From Amphiscolops sp. MND2022 (lineage: Eukaryota), in contig OZ076414.1 in assembly GCA_964187785.1 (NCBI GenBank), forward strand, positions 51,708,001-51,772,000: DNA of 64,000 nucleotides. The letters are read 5' to 3'. Shown piece after piece: positions 49,621 to 63,700 of the stretch (position 1 is the first letter of the stretch; every line of letters starts with the position of its first letter). The notes beneath the pieces are model-generated. The model was not told the origin of the DNA, made no database searches, and was given only the letters and a program-made list of their open reading frames with translations. Position numbers and translations under genes: made by a program.

Positions 49621-50334
49621 TGTCGGAACGTGTACAGTTCTTATCTGATGCTGTACTTGGTTTGCTCCCTTCTCCAACATTGGAGGATAACTTCTCAGTT
49701 AGAGCCAATACTAGTCCAGTAAGATCGCTAATTTGTTTATTCATGTCCATAAAGCGTTGATCGATCGATCTTTGTTCTGAAGTGCAATCAGTACGGATCA
49801 GATTTCCGTTGTCTAACTCATCAATTTGGTCTCTCGAAAGGACCTCAGGGACACTATATTCACTTTCGGTATCACTATTTCCATCATGTTTATGTAGTCC
49901 TCTCATGAATACTGGAATAGAACTTCCTGTTCGGGAACGCGTGTTGACCATTGTGAAGAATAATTGAAGTTTTAAGATTTTATTGTTTTGATGGAGGTTA
50001 GTTTTAATAACTAAATGAAAATGAAATTCGCTCGTATATTTCAAGTATGTAGGTGGTAACTAATCGTCAAGGTAAAAACTATTCCACTGGAAGCACCTAT
50101 TTGCTTCGTGGTAATTATGGCGACGTTGGTCACTCGACCACATCAACCAATCATAATGTGGTATTCATTCACACCTTGGTAGGTGATTGCGCAATTTGCG
50201 TCTAAACTTGTCATAGCACAAGAATGGTGTGCAATCGTGTTACTATGGCTACATGACTCACTAAGTAGTACACTTGGTAAAATGATGATGGTAGTATGGG
50301 CTCATTATAGCACTGTAATAATAATACGTTCACT
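49621..50334 (-). mobile_element. 3' part of another gypsy LTR, running into the assembly gap
   Basis: Ends ...GTTCCGACA at 49621. Internal ORF MVNTRSRTGSS...KNCTRSD (ATG 49951) has no stop before the LTR end. Confidence 0.7.
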
Positions 50335-50534
50335 NNNNNNNNNNNNNNNNNNNNNNNNNNNNNNNNNNNNNNNNNNNNNNNNNNNNNNNNNNNNNNNNNN
50401 NNNNNNNNNNNNNNNNNNNNNNNNNNNNNNNNNNNNNNNNNNNNNNNNNNNNNNNNNNNNNNNNNNNNNNNNNNNNNNNNNNNNNNNNNNNNNNNNNNNN
50501 NNNNNNNNNNNNNNNNNNNNNNNNNNNNNNNNNN
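50335..50534. other. Assembly gap (200 N)
   Basis: Direct observation. Confidence 1.
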
Positions 50535-51454
50535 ACAAAAGCGTTTTTGTTTTCTGACGAAAGTCGTGCTTCCCCTTCTACTTTTTCAAAGGTTTTTCGC
50601 AGTGCATGAAGGATGTTTTTCACTTGGCATTTGGTCCGTGAAACAAATGTTAGCTTGAATCAATTAACTAATGTCGTTTGACAAGCATCTAAGTAGGCTT
50701 CTAAGTAAGCATCTAGCTCATCGACTCCTGAAGTAATCCAAAAGAAGTCCAGAACAATGATACGGCAGACATTGTATGCGTCTGGTTCTGCACTGCTTGA
50801 TTTTCCCGTTCCGATGAACCGAGCATGTCTGGATATATCTCTGCACAGGATAATTCAGTGTTACCCGAACTCGACGGGGCTTGACATTTGTGGTTTTTCA
50901 TGGTGGTTGGGCAATTAATCGATCAATTTATCTCGTCAAGAATATTGACGTGGTATGGGAAATGGTTTTCATTTTCATCTTGTATTTTCAACAGACCCCA
51001 CGAACGGCTTTGATGTTTCAAAATTTCAAATGTTGTTCTGCGACTCAGTTCGATATTCAAAGACAGTATTTGGTGTTTCTGGTCTTCGTTTATTCGTATA
51101 GATATTCAAAAGCGATTTAGTCTGCCGCTATTGTAAGACTTTGACTTGATTCGAGAGTTCTTCGAAGATAGAAGTCGACCATTCTTCGACTCAATTTCGT
51201 TCACATCATTCCGTCGTTCTCGTTCTTGATGTATGCGCTCACGAGATGCAGCTTCACTATGGCGGCAGTTAACTCAACGGTCGAGATTATGTCCTTTCCG
51301 CTATATAAAGACGTGATAAAGACGTGTGTGTTCAGTTGAAGAATATTTGTTTCGAGTGCTTCATTTCGTCACGTTAGCGAATGACTTGCTCAATTTTCTG
51401 AAGCATCATTTTTCCCAGAACACTTCTCGGTAACAGGGTGTCCACGCGTCCGTT

Positions 51455-52160
51455 AAAAACTATTTACCTGACTATGCATCATAGACATCATTGAGTCCAT
51501 TTCTTGGGACAATCGAAGATTAAATTCATTAGAGAAAGCCTCAAAGGATTGTCTAACTTCAATTTGCCTCAAAGAACCATTTTCGTGTTTAAAGTCTCTA
51601 TATTCATCTCTGTGGTACATGTTTGTATCAGCGTCCCCGTGGGATGAGGACTGATCTGTAGCATCAGCTAATTCTCTTTCTATGGGATTATTATTCTCAC
51701 TTCCCAACATTACGTCTAGATTATCGAAATCGGACAACATGTCCATATCTCTAGATTTTCTAGCTTTTGCTTTCTGTCTTCTTGTGGAAGGCATAAGAGA
51801 TAGTTGCAAGTGGTAGGAATTTGAATTAACTCTATTTACTTGCAAAGGTGAACAAAACGTTGTAACAGTAAGTAACTACTATCTGTTGTAACAAATTCTC
51901 AAAAGTGGTCCCCGGGACTACGTGTCCCGGCAATATATACTCAAATTTACATGACACTCAACAGTTCAACAGTCACGTTCTAAAAATAGCCTCAAGGGCT
52001 TTTTAGAAATAGTTACTGCTATAAATAGTAACTGTGGCATCATCATGATGTAATCTACTTCAAAGGGCTTTCCCGTCGGTTAGCGTGGCAGGAAGCCCGT
52101 GAGTACACAAAGGTAAGCAACAGTATACATGTACAACACAAAACAAAATACATGCATTTC
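51455..52160 (-). mobile_element. Truncated LTR fragment of a sister family of the 43588-49568 element
   Basis: Encodes MPSTRRQKAKARKSRDMDMLSDFDNLDVMLG...; the upstream non-coding DNA is also similar to 44140-44500. Confidence 0.85.
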
Positions 52161-52169
52161 AGCATTCAG

Positions 52170-55100
52170 CAACTCTTCATGATTTTATATGTGGATGTGT
52201 CAATACACTTCCATCAACCTGGCCCAGTTCAATTGCTTTTGGGCGCGGATGTGTACGAGGATCTCTTTCTGGACGAGAGGAAGAAGGCTCATCGGCTTCA
52301 CTATCGCAAATCAATTTTCGGCTGGGTGGTCACTGAAGTGTTGGGTCATGTGCGTCCCTACCAATTTCAATCGTTCCAAGTTGCAGTGGAATTGGACCTT
52401 GCCCGCTTCTGGAAAGTGGAGGAGATTCCTCGAGTGAAGCCGATATCCAAGGACAATCGGCAATGTGTGGAACATTACGATACGACGACCTATGTGGCAG
52501 ATGACGGCCGCATCACAGTTCGTCTCCCTTTCAAAAATGAGGCAGTCCCTCAAACAACTTTCAAACAGCAAAGCAGAGATTGTTCGCCATGGAGCGAAAC
52601 CTCAAGGATCACGGTGATGTGAAGCAGCAGTATCGTGACTTCATCAAAGAATTCGTAGACATGGCACTTGGAAGAAGCTCCTCAGACTTCAGGCTTGTGT
52701 TACTACTTACCCCATCACTGTGTGTTCAAGGATTGTACGACGATAAAGCTTCGTGTCGTGTTCGATGCAGGCAACAAGTCCCCAAATGGCTATTCCCTCA
52801 ACGATTGCTTACTGCTTGGACCCCGCTTACAAGACGAAGTGTTCGACATTCTCATTCGCTTTCGTCTACACCAATATGCCTTGTCGGCAGATGTGGCAAA
52901 GATGTACCGACAAGTGGCTTTAGACGAATCAGATCGTAACTCTCATCGAATTCTGTGGCGTGACTACGTGACAGATGAGATCCGAGATTTGCGTATGACC
53001 CGTGTGACGTACGGTGTTGCCAGTTCCCCCTACCATTCATCCCGAGCACTTCAAGGCAGTGGTAAAACGGTAAAACAAACGGACCCAATCCCAAAACAGT
53101 GAATGTAATTCTCAATGATTTCTGGGTTGATGATCTACTCAGTGGAGCTGATACTCTGGAGGAAGCATGCGTGCTTCAAGACAACTTGATTGAAACCCTG
53201 AACGAAAACTGTCTCCCACTACACAAGTGGAGCAGCAACGAACCCCAACTGGTCAATCGTCTTCCCAAAGACCTTCAAGAAGCTGGCAAGGCATACGAAA
53301 TCAACGACACAACCCATCAAATCAAAAACTTGGGAATGACGTGGCATCCTCTAGAGGATCACTTTGTTTTTACAAGTAGTAGTGAGTATGTTTCAAACGT
53401 TACAAAACGAACTTTACTCAGTGAGGTTTCAAACATTTTGATCCAATTGGCCTCATAGGTCCAGTTCTCGTAGCAGCCAAGATCATCATTCAGTCGTGCT
53501 GGAAGCTGGATCTTGAGTGGAACGATGCAGTTCCAGACGATGTGTCACGGGCATACACAAACTAGAAAGATGGCATGGGCACGCTCTCACAACTCAAGAT
53601 ACCCAGGAAGGTGCTGCCAACCCACTTGTACGATGAAGGCTCATTGCAAGTCCTCTGTGATGCTTCCGAAAAAACCTACGGTGCTTGTGTTTATCTGGTG
53701 TCAATCAAAGTTGACATTGTCTCTTCAACCTTTATTTCTTCCAAATGCAAGGTGGCGCCGATCAAACCATCAACTCTCCCTCGTCTCGAGCTCCTAGCAA
53801 TACACACTGGTGCCAAACTTGCTACAGTGGTCAAGGGGGCACTATCAAAATTGAAGCACGAACTGAACATCTCAGTGTTGTACTCAGACTCAACGATCGC
53901 ACTCTCGTGGATCAAGTCGGATCCCTCTCGATGGAACACATTTGTCTCCAACCGTGTCTCTCAAATTCAGTCAATGTTGCCAACGTGCCGTCAGAAGAGA
54001 ATCCAGCAGATCTGTGTTCACGAGGATTGCTAGCTACGCAGATAGTGGCTCAACAGAAGTTCTGGCTACAGAACCCACGTGGTTGGGATCATCCTTTCCT
54101 GATCAACCTCAGACTATCCTGACAAAGAAGGAAGCACGCCAAGAAGTCAAATCCTTGACAGTGTTAACTTCGCCAAGTAATTCGTTCGTAGACCTGGACA
54201 ATTTCAATTCACCAGTGAAGTTGTTAAGAACACTAGGCATTTGCAAGGTAGCATTCAAGAAAGATCTCAAGGCGATCTTTGGTCGGAAGGAAACGGCTCT
54301 CGCCTTATATGCGGTGGTCAAGGCAGATCAGATGGTGCACTTTAAAGCCAAATATCGAGCCCTCTTAAATGGCGAGTCCACCAACCCGAAGAGTTCAATA
54401 CCACCCCTTTACCCATTCATGGACAACGGCGTCATCAGGGTCTGCGGCAGTTTGCCCCATGGGTACTCAATGACTGACGATCAGCGGTTCCCTTTACTGG
54501 TGTCATACCATAGCAAACTGGCTACACTTGCAATCAACGATGCCCACATGCGAACCCTTCATGGTGGTCCCACAGCAGCAACAGTGGCAGAAATGAGACA
54601 GCAAATCTGTGTCACTTAGGCAATGAAAAAGTGTGTCACGTGCTTCCGCTTCAATTCAGGGACAACGCAGCAGCTCAGGAGTGACTTGCCCTCCAGTCGC
54701 ATTGAAGCTCCCGAACATGCTTTCACTTGTGTAGGCCTCGGCTTCGCAGGACCTCTAACATTCAAAAACGGAGCTGAATGTGTCAAGGGTTACGTAGCTG
54801 TTTTTATTTGTTTTGCATCAAAGGCTGTTCACTTAGAAGCAGTATCATCACTGACGTCAGATGCGATGGTGGCGGCTCTGACACGATTCATTGCAAGACG
54901 AGGAATTCCCAGTCAAATTGTGTCCGACAATGCAACCAACTTCGTGGGTGCAAGGGGTAACCTCAACGAGTTGGAGAAAGTGGTCGGGGCAGGGGCACAA
55001 TTCTACAGCAGCATTGAATGGCTAATCATCCCTCCTCGCTCACCTTACTTCGGCGGGCTATGGGAAGCAGCGGTGAAGTCAATGAAGCACCACTTGCGAA

Positions 55101-55195
55101 GAGTTATGGGCAATTCGATGCTCACTTACGAGGAGATGACAACCATTTTGCGCCAAATAGAACAAGTATTGAACAATCGTACAATCGTGCTTTGA
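52170..55195 (+). pseudogene. Degenerate BEL/Pao pol (protease-associated region, RT, RNase H, integrase)
   Basis: VQLLLGADVYEDL; YYLPHHCVFK..LRVVFDA; ADVAKMYRQV; TRVTYG; FWVDDLLSG; CDASEKTYGACVYL; PRLELLA; GFAGP..HLEAVSSL..RRG.P..SDNATNFVGA..GGLWEAAVKSMK. Many frameshifts. Confidence 0.93.
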
Positions 55196-55300
55196 GCTTT
55201 GATAGCCCCCAAAAATAATCCAGATGACATTTTGCGCTATTTATAATTTATAATATTTACCGATTGATGATCACTTATTCACCGCTCAAAGGCCCAATAA

Positions 55301-55583
55301 TGTAAACGAATATAAACAACCTGCTGAAACCTTTTCGTTGCCCTCGGGCTGTAACTGTCATTTATGTTTCCCAATAACCAGTCAACAACCAGCTTTCATA
55401 TTTTCACTCATCGTCTTTCATTTATCATTCATACCGTCAATAAACGTTATCAAATACAGACCTCTTGCCTTGAGACAAGATTCAGATCAAATAGCTTGAA
55501 CTCTATCTTTGAGTTCCTTCATTCTCCTAGTTTGAACTCTTTCTTGAGTTCCCCCGTTATAGCTTGAGAGCTACCCCGAAACA
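55301..55583 (+). mobile_element. Possible short BEL-type LTR
   Basis: TGT...ACA ends and an internal AATAAA, just downstream of the BEL pol. No matching TSD or second copy. Confidence 0.35.
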
Positions 55584-56399
55584 CTAATCAAGATTGTTTG
55601 TAAATTAGACAAAAAGTAGAAACTATGTTTTCAAACCAATTATTTCACAGAGAGAGGTATTGAGAGCTATTTTCCACAAAATTTGTCACAACAGTTTCAT
55701 AGAAACACGAACCTACACTAAATTAGGTTCCGAGAACTTTCTAACAAAGCCATTTCACTTGAATAGCAATAATTTAAGTAACATGGACAGAACAATGAAG
55801 TGTTCCAACAATTTCATCAAGTAGGGGTTCCATTCTGCTACCATGGGACTGTAGCTTCTTTGTGTCAATCATTAGTGTCCTAGCGACTGTGAGCCATAAC
55901 TTAACTGTATAGGCAGTAAACAGTTGTCCTAGAAATCGTCGTTCCGGCTCAAGTTCCCATGTTGAACACTCACTGTGAATCTGTTCAGATCCTGACAGAT
56001 TCTCCAGGATTTGTCGAACATAAACGAGCAAAAAAATACAACTTTGAAACTGATACTAGATGATTAAAAGTGCACTACAAGATAAACACGCCTCTTAATT
56101 GAAATTTTGAAAAACGTTTTTGTGCCAATCTGTACAGATCTGTGCAGATGCAGTCAGATGTTTCAGGATTTGTGAAACAATAACCATACGAAATTGACCA
56201 ATAAATCTCTATACTGTATTCCACTTTTCCAGCAATCACTGAAATTACTCCAGCAAACCATATTTCTGAACTATTACAGCAACAGCACTTTATCAACTCT
56301 CTCTGGAAGTTCAAGTTAAATGGATAATGTAACGTGATTTAGCAATACAGAACAATCACCATAATTGAAGAAGCCCAAACCCAACAAATCAATACATTG

Positions 56400-58420
56400 T
56401 GTCGGTAAAAGCTACGGAAAAGTATTTTGTATTCCGGTACGGAAAGAGAAGGATTGTCTCTTTGAATTTGCTGAATTCGCTGTCAAAAAGGTCGCGATAC
56501 TCAACTTGAAACATCCGCAGAAAAACGTTTGTACTGTTTGGCGACACTAACATTGAATGTTGAATGACTGTTTTCAAAGCCAGAATTTTGTGACTGCGAA
56601 GCTCTGATTTTCTCCCCCAACGGATTTACTGCACGTTCGAGGACGTTTTGCTTCGAATTTTGAACAACTTGAGTCGCTAAGTCGAAAGGTCGAACAGGAT
56701 TGAGCTTCCTGAAGCATTTGACAAATGTGATACTTGAGAAAAAAACAACACCTGACAACATTCCATATAACTTCATCGGTGCAAAATTGATTGCGCTGAA
56801 GACGACTGAACGAGAACTACGACCTATCGCTATTGGGACAACTGGACACCAGTTGTCTGCAAAATGTGTTTGTTATCAGGATTTTGGTTCCCGACAGGTC
56901 ACGTAAGGGAGTCATCAAATAAGTGTTGGTACTAAGAAGGGAGTCAAATCTGCCTTTTAGGTTTTTCGAACTTCAATGGAAAGTATCAAATAAAAAACAT
57001 CAACCTCGAGTTTGATTCCGAATACAACTCTAACAAGAGACAGTTCATGCTTGAAAAAACACTTTTTCGATCAACTCCAATCTTCCAAGTTTTCACACTC
57101 AGCCTGTAGTCAACCAAGTGTCATTTTTTACGGGATTTGAAAATCAACTAGTGTGGAGAAACTGAGCAAGGAGACCTTGAATCACTGGATTAATTTACTG
57201 CAGCCATTCAAGACTTGATAGATTGCATGGAGTAGAAAGTAGATTGATGGTACTTAGACCATGGAACTGGAAGTGACGATTACGGAACTGCTTTATACTT
57301 CTCTTGAAACTGAATTAGAAACTTGGGCTCGCTCAAAATTCATCCTTCGAAATATTCTCCTTTGGGTGATGTCGTGGAAAAACGACCATCAAAAAATTCA
57401 TCTGTGTTTTAAAACATTTGTCTTCTGATCAATGCAATTTCGTTTCGGATCACCGCTCTAGTATCTCTCAGATTACGACTAGTTGTAAAAACTAGGGTAG
57501 ACAAATTGAAAGAAAATGATCGATCGAAAGAAAGAATTTAAAATTTTGGGAAATTAGTTGCCAATCACTTTTTACATGTTGAAAATTTGTTCCCATTAAC
57601 CAAAGCTTCTGCAAACTGTACATCCTGCAAACTAGCTCGTGTTTTTATAATGAAAGTCTACTTAAGAAATACAGGAAAACAGTAAAATACAGGCTTTCCA
57701 ACGTGTACAACAAAAAGGTTGTACACTAAAATTTGACTCTCAAGCTGGCTCTGCTGGCTGGTATTATCGATCTTAAGGGGTATCATCACTGCCGGCCTTT
57801 TCGTCTTCGCTTTTCTGTGCGAGTGACTTTCTAACTACTCTTACTTCGGAAACGCTCGCAGATATTTTGTTCCCAAGAGCGTTTGTCAAATGGTTGGATA
57901 TTTTCAACGAATAGAAGGATCCTCTTGATGGGACTCAGAACAGCTATGACCCTAAGTGTGTTCCTGTGTTTTGCGCCGAAATTGGATAGCTAAAAGGGAT
58001 CGAAAACAATCAAAAGGTGTTAACGCTCATCAAGGCATTTTCAGGTGGCAGTGGTTACTCGTCATACCCTGTAAAAACTTTGGACTGAAGCTTGATGATC
58101 AGCAGCTATTGATAATTTTTGGTAGACGCCTTTGAGCAAACACTATGTAGCTCATATGCCATGGAGCGGAAGGAAACTGACGTCATGCTGATCCTAACTG
58201 AATCATAAAGAAATCGTTGAAATCTCTCGGCTTGCTGGAGCACCGTGGGTTGAACCGAACGGAGAACAAACTCACAGAAAGTGTACCACGCGTCGTTGGA
58301 AAATGGCTTTCTAAGTCATTTTTTAAGTCATAAGATCTGTTGCGACGCATTATTTATAACTGATTTAGTATACATCAAAGGGAAAAAGCAGCCATTCAAC
58401 GGATACATGATTAGAAACAC
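56400..58420 (+). pseudogene. Degenerate CRE-clade non-LTR retrotransposon (RT plus RLE-like tail)
   Basis: GAKLIALK...LRPIAIG...LSAKC, VGTKKG, QGD.ES motifs, and a C-terminal LKSLGLLE.RGL..G.W remnant. Many stops. Confidence 0.7.
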
Positions 58421-59239
58421 AGACTATCACTGACAGCAGAACGCAGTTTTTCATAGCAATTCTTTTCTCGACAAGTGAGATTTCAAAACTGTCAATAGTT
58501 TCTAGTCAATAGGGCATAGGTTTATACAAATTCAACTGAAAAACCGCCGCTGCCCACTACCTATTCGACTGCATCGAGAATGAATATACACAGCGACTCA
58601 GGGAAAAGGTCTGGCTATATCACAATATTAGCCTATTTGTTGTGTTACGTTTATTCAATAGCTCCAGAGAAGGCAATGATTTGAAATTGAGACAATTGGG
58701 CAGCATCTCTGACGCTGTTTTGTTGATTTGTTGCTGCACTTGGACTGAACCTATACGGTGCATAACCCGGTAAGGTAATTGCATTTTCATTTTGGTTCAT
58801 CCTTTTTCTTTTTCGTGTTTTTCATGGGCAAATTATTTCACTGTGGTTATTTTTTGGGGCTAGAGCTTATAGTATTCCTGCATTAAGTTGACTTGAGATT
58901 AAAATCAACAAACGCTTCTGAGCGTCTAGAGCCCTCAGGGTTGATAGACTGGGTAAATGCTAGGCGTTGCAACAGATGGGTGGCCAAAAAAATGCGCCAA
59001 CTTATCAAAAATGGCGGCGCGGAAAGTTCCCGAATTTTTATGTTGTACGTGCTCCTCGGTGAACACTATCCCTCGGTGTCTGCATAATAAGAGTAGACTT
59101 TACATCTTCTTATCATCAGATCAGGTGTTGTTCACATGGAAAGCTTTTCTAAAAACTCACGGACCTTCTTGGCTGAAAACAAGATACCCAAAACTTTTGA
59201 TTTTTAAGAAACCCTGTCAATTACTTTTCGTGGTTCTTA

Positions 59240-60330
59240 TTGCTGTGTTCTCTGGGCAGACAATTTTGTGATGGTGTCATTGAAAAAACAACGAAACGCG
59301 ACAAAAAACAGCAACATAAACGCAAGTCATTTCGACGACTGCGATCCATTTCCGCTCAATTAAACGAACGTAATGTCAAGGCCAGAATCAGAAAAGCTGT
59401 AGGCAACGATAAGGTTGCAAGTTTCACTCATTTTAAGCCACTGACTTCCCCATGCACAAGGCTCCCATATCCTTCCTCAACGGCTCTAGTGGCTTGTGAT
59501 GTGCTTCTGCCTCGCAGTTTTGAAAGATTTGACTGCCAAGTCGAATGGGCAAACTGGATTGAAATTTCTCAGAGACTCAACATTTTTGTCAAAGTGATTC
59601 TCGAGGGAAAAGTACCTCACGAATCTCGATTGCACTTCTCTGATGCGAGTTTCATTGCGCTAAAAAAGCCCGTCGGAGGATTTCGCACAATAGTAGCCGG
59701 CATGTAAGTGCAAGCAGGAGGAAGGCCACTGTTTTGGTCTCACAGGTTTCCCGTTCCCCGATTGAAAGCTCTGAGCCCAATTTAAAAAATTTTAGGAGAA
59801 TGACATTGAAAAGGCTTTCATCGCAATAAAATTACAATTCATGCTCACAAAATTCCGAAATGCACCCTGTAGATTATAAGTACTCACACTTGTCGCACAG
59901 TCAGCATAATTTCCTTTTTACTATGGTAATCAAAACTTTACATTAGGTAATCAAATCTTGTGAAGGAAACCTGCAAAGAGATGCTGAGTTCCCATCTTCA
60001 TTTTCGGATTCCATGCAGGATCTGATTGATAGTTTGGAGTCGAAGCCAATTTTATGGTATTTTGATAGAATTTTTGATGAGGTTTAGCGAACTGTTTCAA
60101 AAGACTTCAGAGCAATTGTTGAAGCCAAAAAAACGCAAGAACTAAAAAATGGAAACAAGAATTTTTCCGTGAACTCACTGAACAACGATTTTTGGCAGTT
60201 TTAGTATCTTTTCAAAATAACTGCCGCGGAGGCAGAACACCAATGAAATACAAATGTATTATTCTTGGTTGACTGCTAGGCCTGAAATCGCACCCAGACT
60301 TATTGCAAAAGATCATTTACGAGCAGGAGA
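59240..60330 (+). pseudogene. Second CRE-like RT fragment
   Basis: DASFIALKKPVGGFRTIVAG; lqrdaefpssfsdsmqdlidsleSK-type remnant at ~59980-60050. Confidence 0.65.
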
Positions 60331-60899
60331 AGTTGCTAGCGTTGTTGAGAAAATTAGTTGCGCCTTGTGTTTTTCGATGTTAAAAATATGTGTCAATGTT
60401 GTTGTACGTCCTGAGAACCAGTACATGTTTTAGTCATCCGGCTCTCCTTGACGATATTTCGAGTAATCAGTTGACTCTGCCCGTTGATAGGAGTGCTTTT
60501 GGGGTTTCATCCGCATCAATATTATTACTTGTCGTCATATTGTGATGTGATCTGTCCCTCGTGCGAAGGACTTTCTTACGACAATTTTTTTCGTAATTCG
60601 TCGAAGAACTTTTATTTACAAAAGCGCTTGAGAAATTACTGACTTTGTAGTTGTTGTTTTGTGGACTCATATTAACTGGAGGGATTTCTCCAAAGGTTTC
60701 AGTTATCAAATAATCAAGTGTTGCGGCATTTTTGACAGCCACACGCAATTGTCCAGAAGCAAAACAAAATTACATTGTAAAAAGTTTTAATGTAGCTCCA
60801 CGTGTAGTCTGGGAAACGATATTGACGTTATCTGGATTTTAAATTGAAGAAAGGAAATAAAGGAGCAGCGGAAGTGATCTTGGGCAGTGGTATAGATTC

Positions 60900-63700
60900 A
60901 GAAACAGCCAATTAATGCATCACAGTACAAGACGAAACTTTTAGGCGAACATTGTAGAATGTATTATATGCTGTTCTAGTTTTCCCATCTTCTTGAGACT
61001 AATATGTGAGAGACTATATGTGTGAGACTATATGAGACATCTAAAACTCAATTGCGGATTCCTAAACAATCTACATTTTCTGACAGGATGAAATTTGATT
61101 GTTCAGGGAAACATTCTGCTGATTGCTTCACAAGTGCAAGACTAAGCGTTAATCCTCGGAACAACATTTCGATAACTTTGATCCAGTTTTCCAGAGCCTG
61201 CGAATTCTTTCAACAATTTTTTCTTTTGACTGCTGTTTTGCTATACACTTCAGATCATTAGCATAGACAAAATTACAAATGTGTTCGACTAATTCAGGTA
61301 AATCATTGGTGAAGAAAAAAACCCTAGGAGTCCCATTATTGAACCCTGTAGAACTCCACTTGTACGGGCGAGACATTTAGAATGTGTGTTTCCTGATTTC
61401 ACATAACGTTGTCTACCAATTAAATAATCTTTGCTTAAGTCAAAAGGACATCCCACGATTCCAATTTTACCATTTTTGCCTGATAACTCGAAAAGCGGAA
61501 CAAGATCGAAAACTTTAGAGAAGTCGCTGTAAAAAGAGAATACATTAGCTCGTGGATTGTCATCGAGACCATCAAAAAGTTCGCGTCTGTAGTCCAGTAT
61601 ATTTGGTAATACCAAACTGTTCTCTACTAAATCATGTTGTTCTTTAGTATGCGCTTCATCAAAAAGACTATGAACATCTTCGTACATGCATCGCTCGGAG
61701 ATTTTGCTGACATTGTTGAAAAAAGTGTTAGGCATATAGATGGAGACAATTGTTTCCTCACCATACTTATTTCGCGAAGTAATTTGATCAGTTTTACAAT
61801 TTTTTGGTTATTTTCTGATAGGCTTAATGTTTTTGAAAAACAATTTAAAGTGATGCTCAGCAGAACAAACGCGAGTTGCTTTAAAAGACGAGGGAATTCC
61901 ATTCGAGCCCCTTGCTTTGAAGATGACCAAACTTTCCAGCAATGATTGTTTTAGTCACTGAAACACTGAAAATAAATATTTAAATTTCCAAAAGAACACA
62001 CAAAATCGTCAATTTGCTGCCCCGGAGAGAAAACTGATTGGCATTACTTCGTCTCATTGACATTTTTTCGGGGTTTGTGTTTGCAGAGTACATAATCTTG
62101 GGTAGGGCAAGATTATTTCTGAGACGTTTCAAATGCTTGTTTTTGAGGTCAACATTTCGCGAATTCAATAGTTTGTTTGGCAATCAAGTTTGTCTGTTGC
62201 ACTCGATTCTAATTTTTTTTTCAATCTCGTGGTGCACATGCTCACGATAGCTGGTTGGCTTCGATTGACAGAGTAAGCGTTTTGTGTTAAGACGTTTAAA
62301 TAAATGCGATGTATCGTTGGAAAATCTTGGTGGTATTCTTTGTCGACATTTCATTCTCCTTAGGGTGAGATGTAGAGTTTAAGAGGTCTTCAATAGTCGT
62401 CATTCATTCTGTATGTTTCATTTAGCAATTTGGTTAAAAAGGATGAAGCAACACAAAATCAGCTATTCGTGGTAGTTCGCATTTCCAAAGCAGTAAAAGG
62501 AATCAAAGACAGGTTTCTCGTGATATAATGTAAAATCAAAATCAACGGCAACTGGAAAGTGATTTGAGAGATCGGAAACTTTCAACAAAGTATATTCGAC
62601 AGACGTAGTGAGTTCCATGTGTTTCGACAATGCTTCATCAAGTATATTTTAGCACAGGTAGCGAAACTAATACCTTAATACCTTGCTGCAGGCTGAGCTC
62701 ATCAAACATCTCCAAGACTTCAGATTTATATGCACTAGAACTTTGATATAACAGAGAGTTGGTTTCAGAAAAATTCAAGTCGTTCATTCACGTTGCCTGA
62801 GACCTAATGAGAGTGACCAGAATCTGGTTCTTTTGCGAATGTTTGTATCCTTTTGATTCAGAAGATGAATCGTATGAGAGGAGTAGTAGATGGGAAAATT
62901 CTGACGGCGTTTTCTCTTTTCTTGAATAGGAATGGATAGTGAAGAAGACATAAGTGATTACTCCTCAGCTACAAAATCATATGCAGTGAAGGGCAGCATG
63001 AGACAAATCAAATCATTTAAAGGAGTAAGAGGTTGATTGAAAGTTGATTCACCGAAAGACTACTGTGAGTACGGAAATACAATAGGTATTCGTGCACTAA
63101 AAAGGAAAATAAATAGGATAAAGATCCTAGAAAAGGGTTTGGTCCACCCAACAGTCGAGGTTGCTATAGTCAGATAGAATAAAGTCGAGGATGTTTCCCG
63201 CTTTCTGAGTAGGTGAATCAATTAACTGCGACAGACAATTTCTTCACTGCTGGTCATAGGGTCCCAGTCGAAATCAGGAAATTTTAAGTAACCGAGAATA
63301 AACGTTGAAAACACCGAATATAGGTTTCCACTGATCTTCTGATATGCATGTATGCTTTCAATATTTTGCGAGACATCGGTTGACATAGTAATCAGATGTA
63401 AATGAAGGATTTTATATAAGGATGAAAAGTTTCAACTCAGTCGCCGAAAGAAAACACCCTACAGAAAAAGCATTTGTTCAAGTGAGATATCCACAAGCGT
63501 TGAGACGCAAAGGTTTGATACTGCTATCAATATGCCTCCCTGCTCATCCTGAGGCCTATTGGATCGTATGATAATGGTGTAAAAAAGGACTAAGAAAAAA
63601 ATTCGAGTCTAAAACTTTTTCATGCAGCCATGTTTCAGTAAGAAATACGAGGACGAATGGGCTTATAGATAAGAGATTTGCATGTTTTTGACGTTTGTAT
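60900..63700 (-). pseudogene. Degenerate APE-endonuclease/RT LINE (CR1/L2/Jockey group)
   Basis: APE remnants GGILIAVS, ILGYLKFPDFDW, QLIDSPTQKAGNILDFILS (63150-63560). RT remnants YSDFSKVFDLVP, SGVLQGSIMG, FTNDLP, YANDLK (61150-61735). Confidence 0.85.

Noticed and set aside
49480-49680. 66-aa ORF ending in the ORF3 C-terminus
   Set aside because: Chance in-frame read-through from flanking DNA into the 5' LTR's U3; no evidence of a real gene.
50183-50623. ORFs containing X runs
   Set aside because: Artefacts of the N gap.
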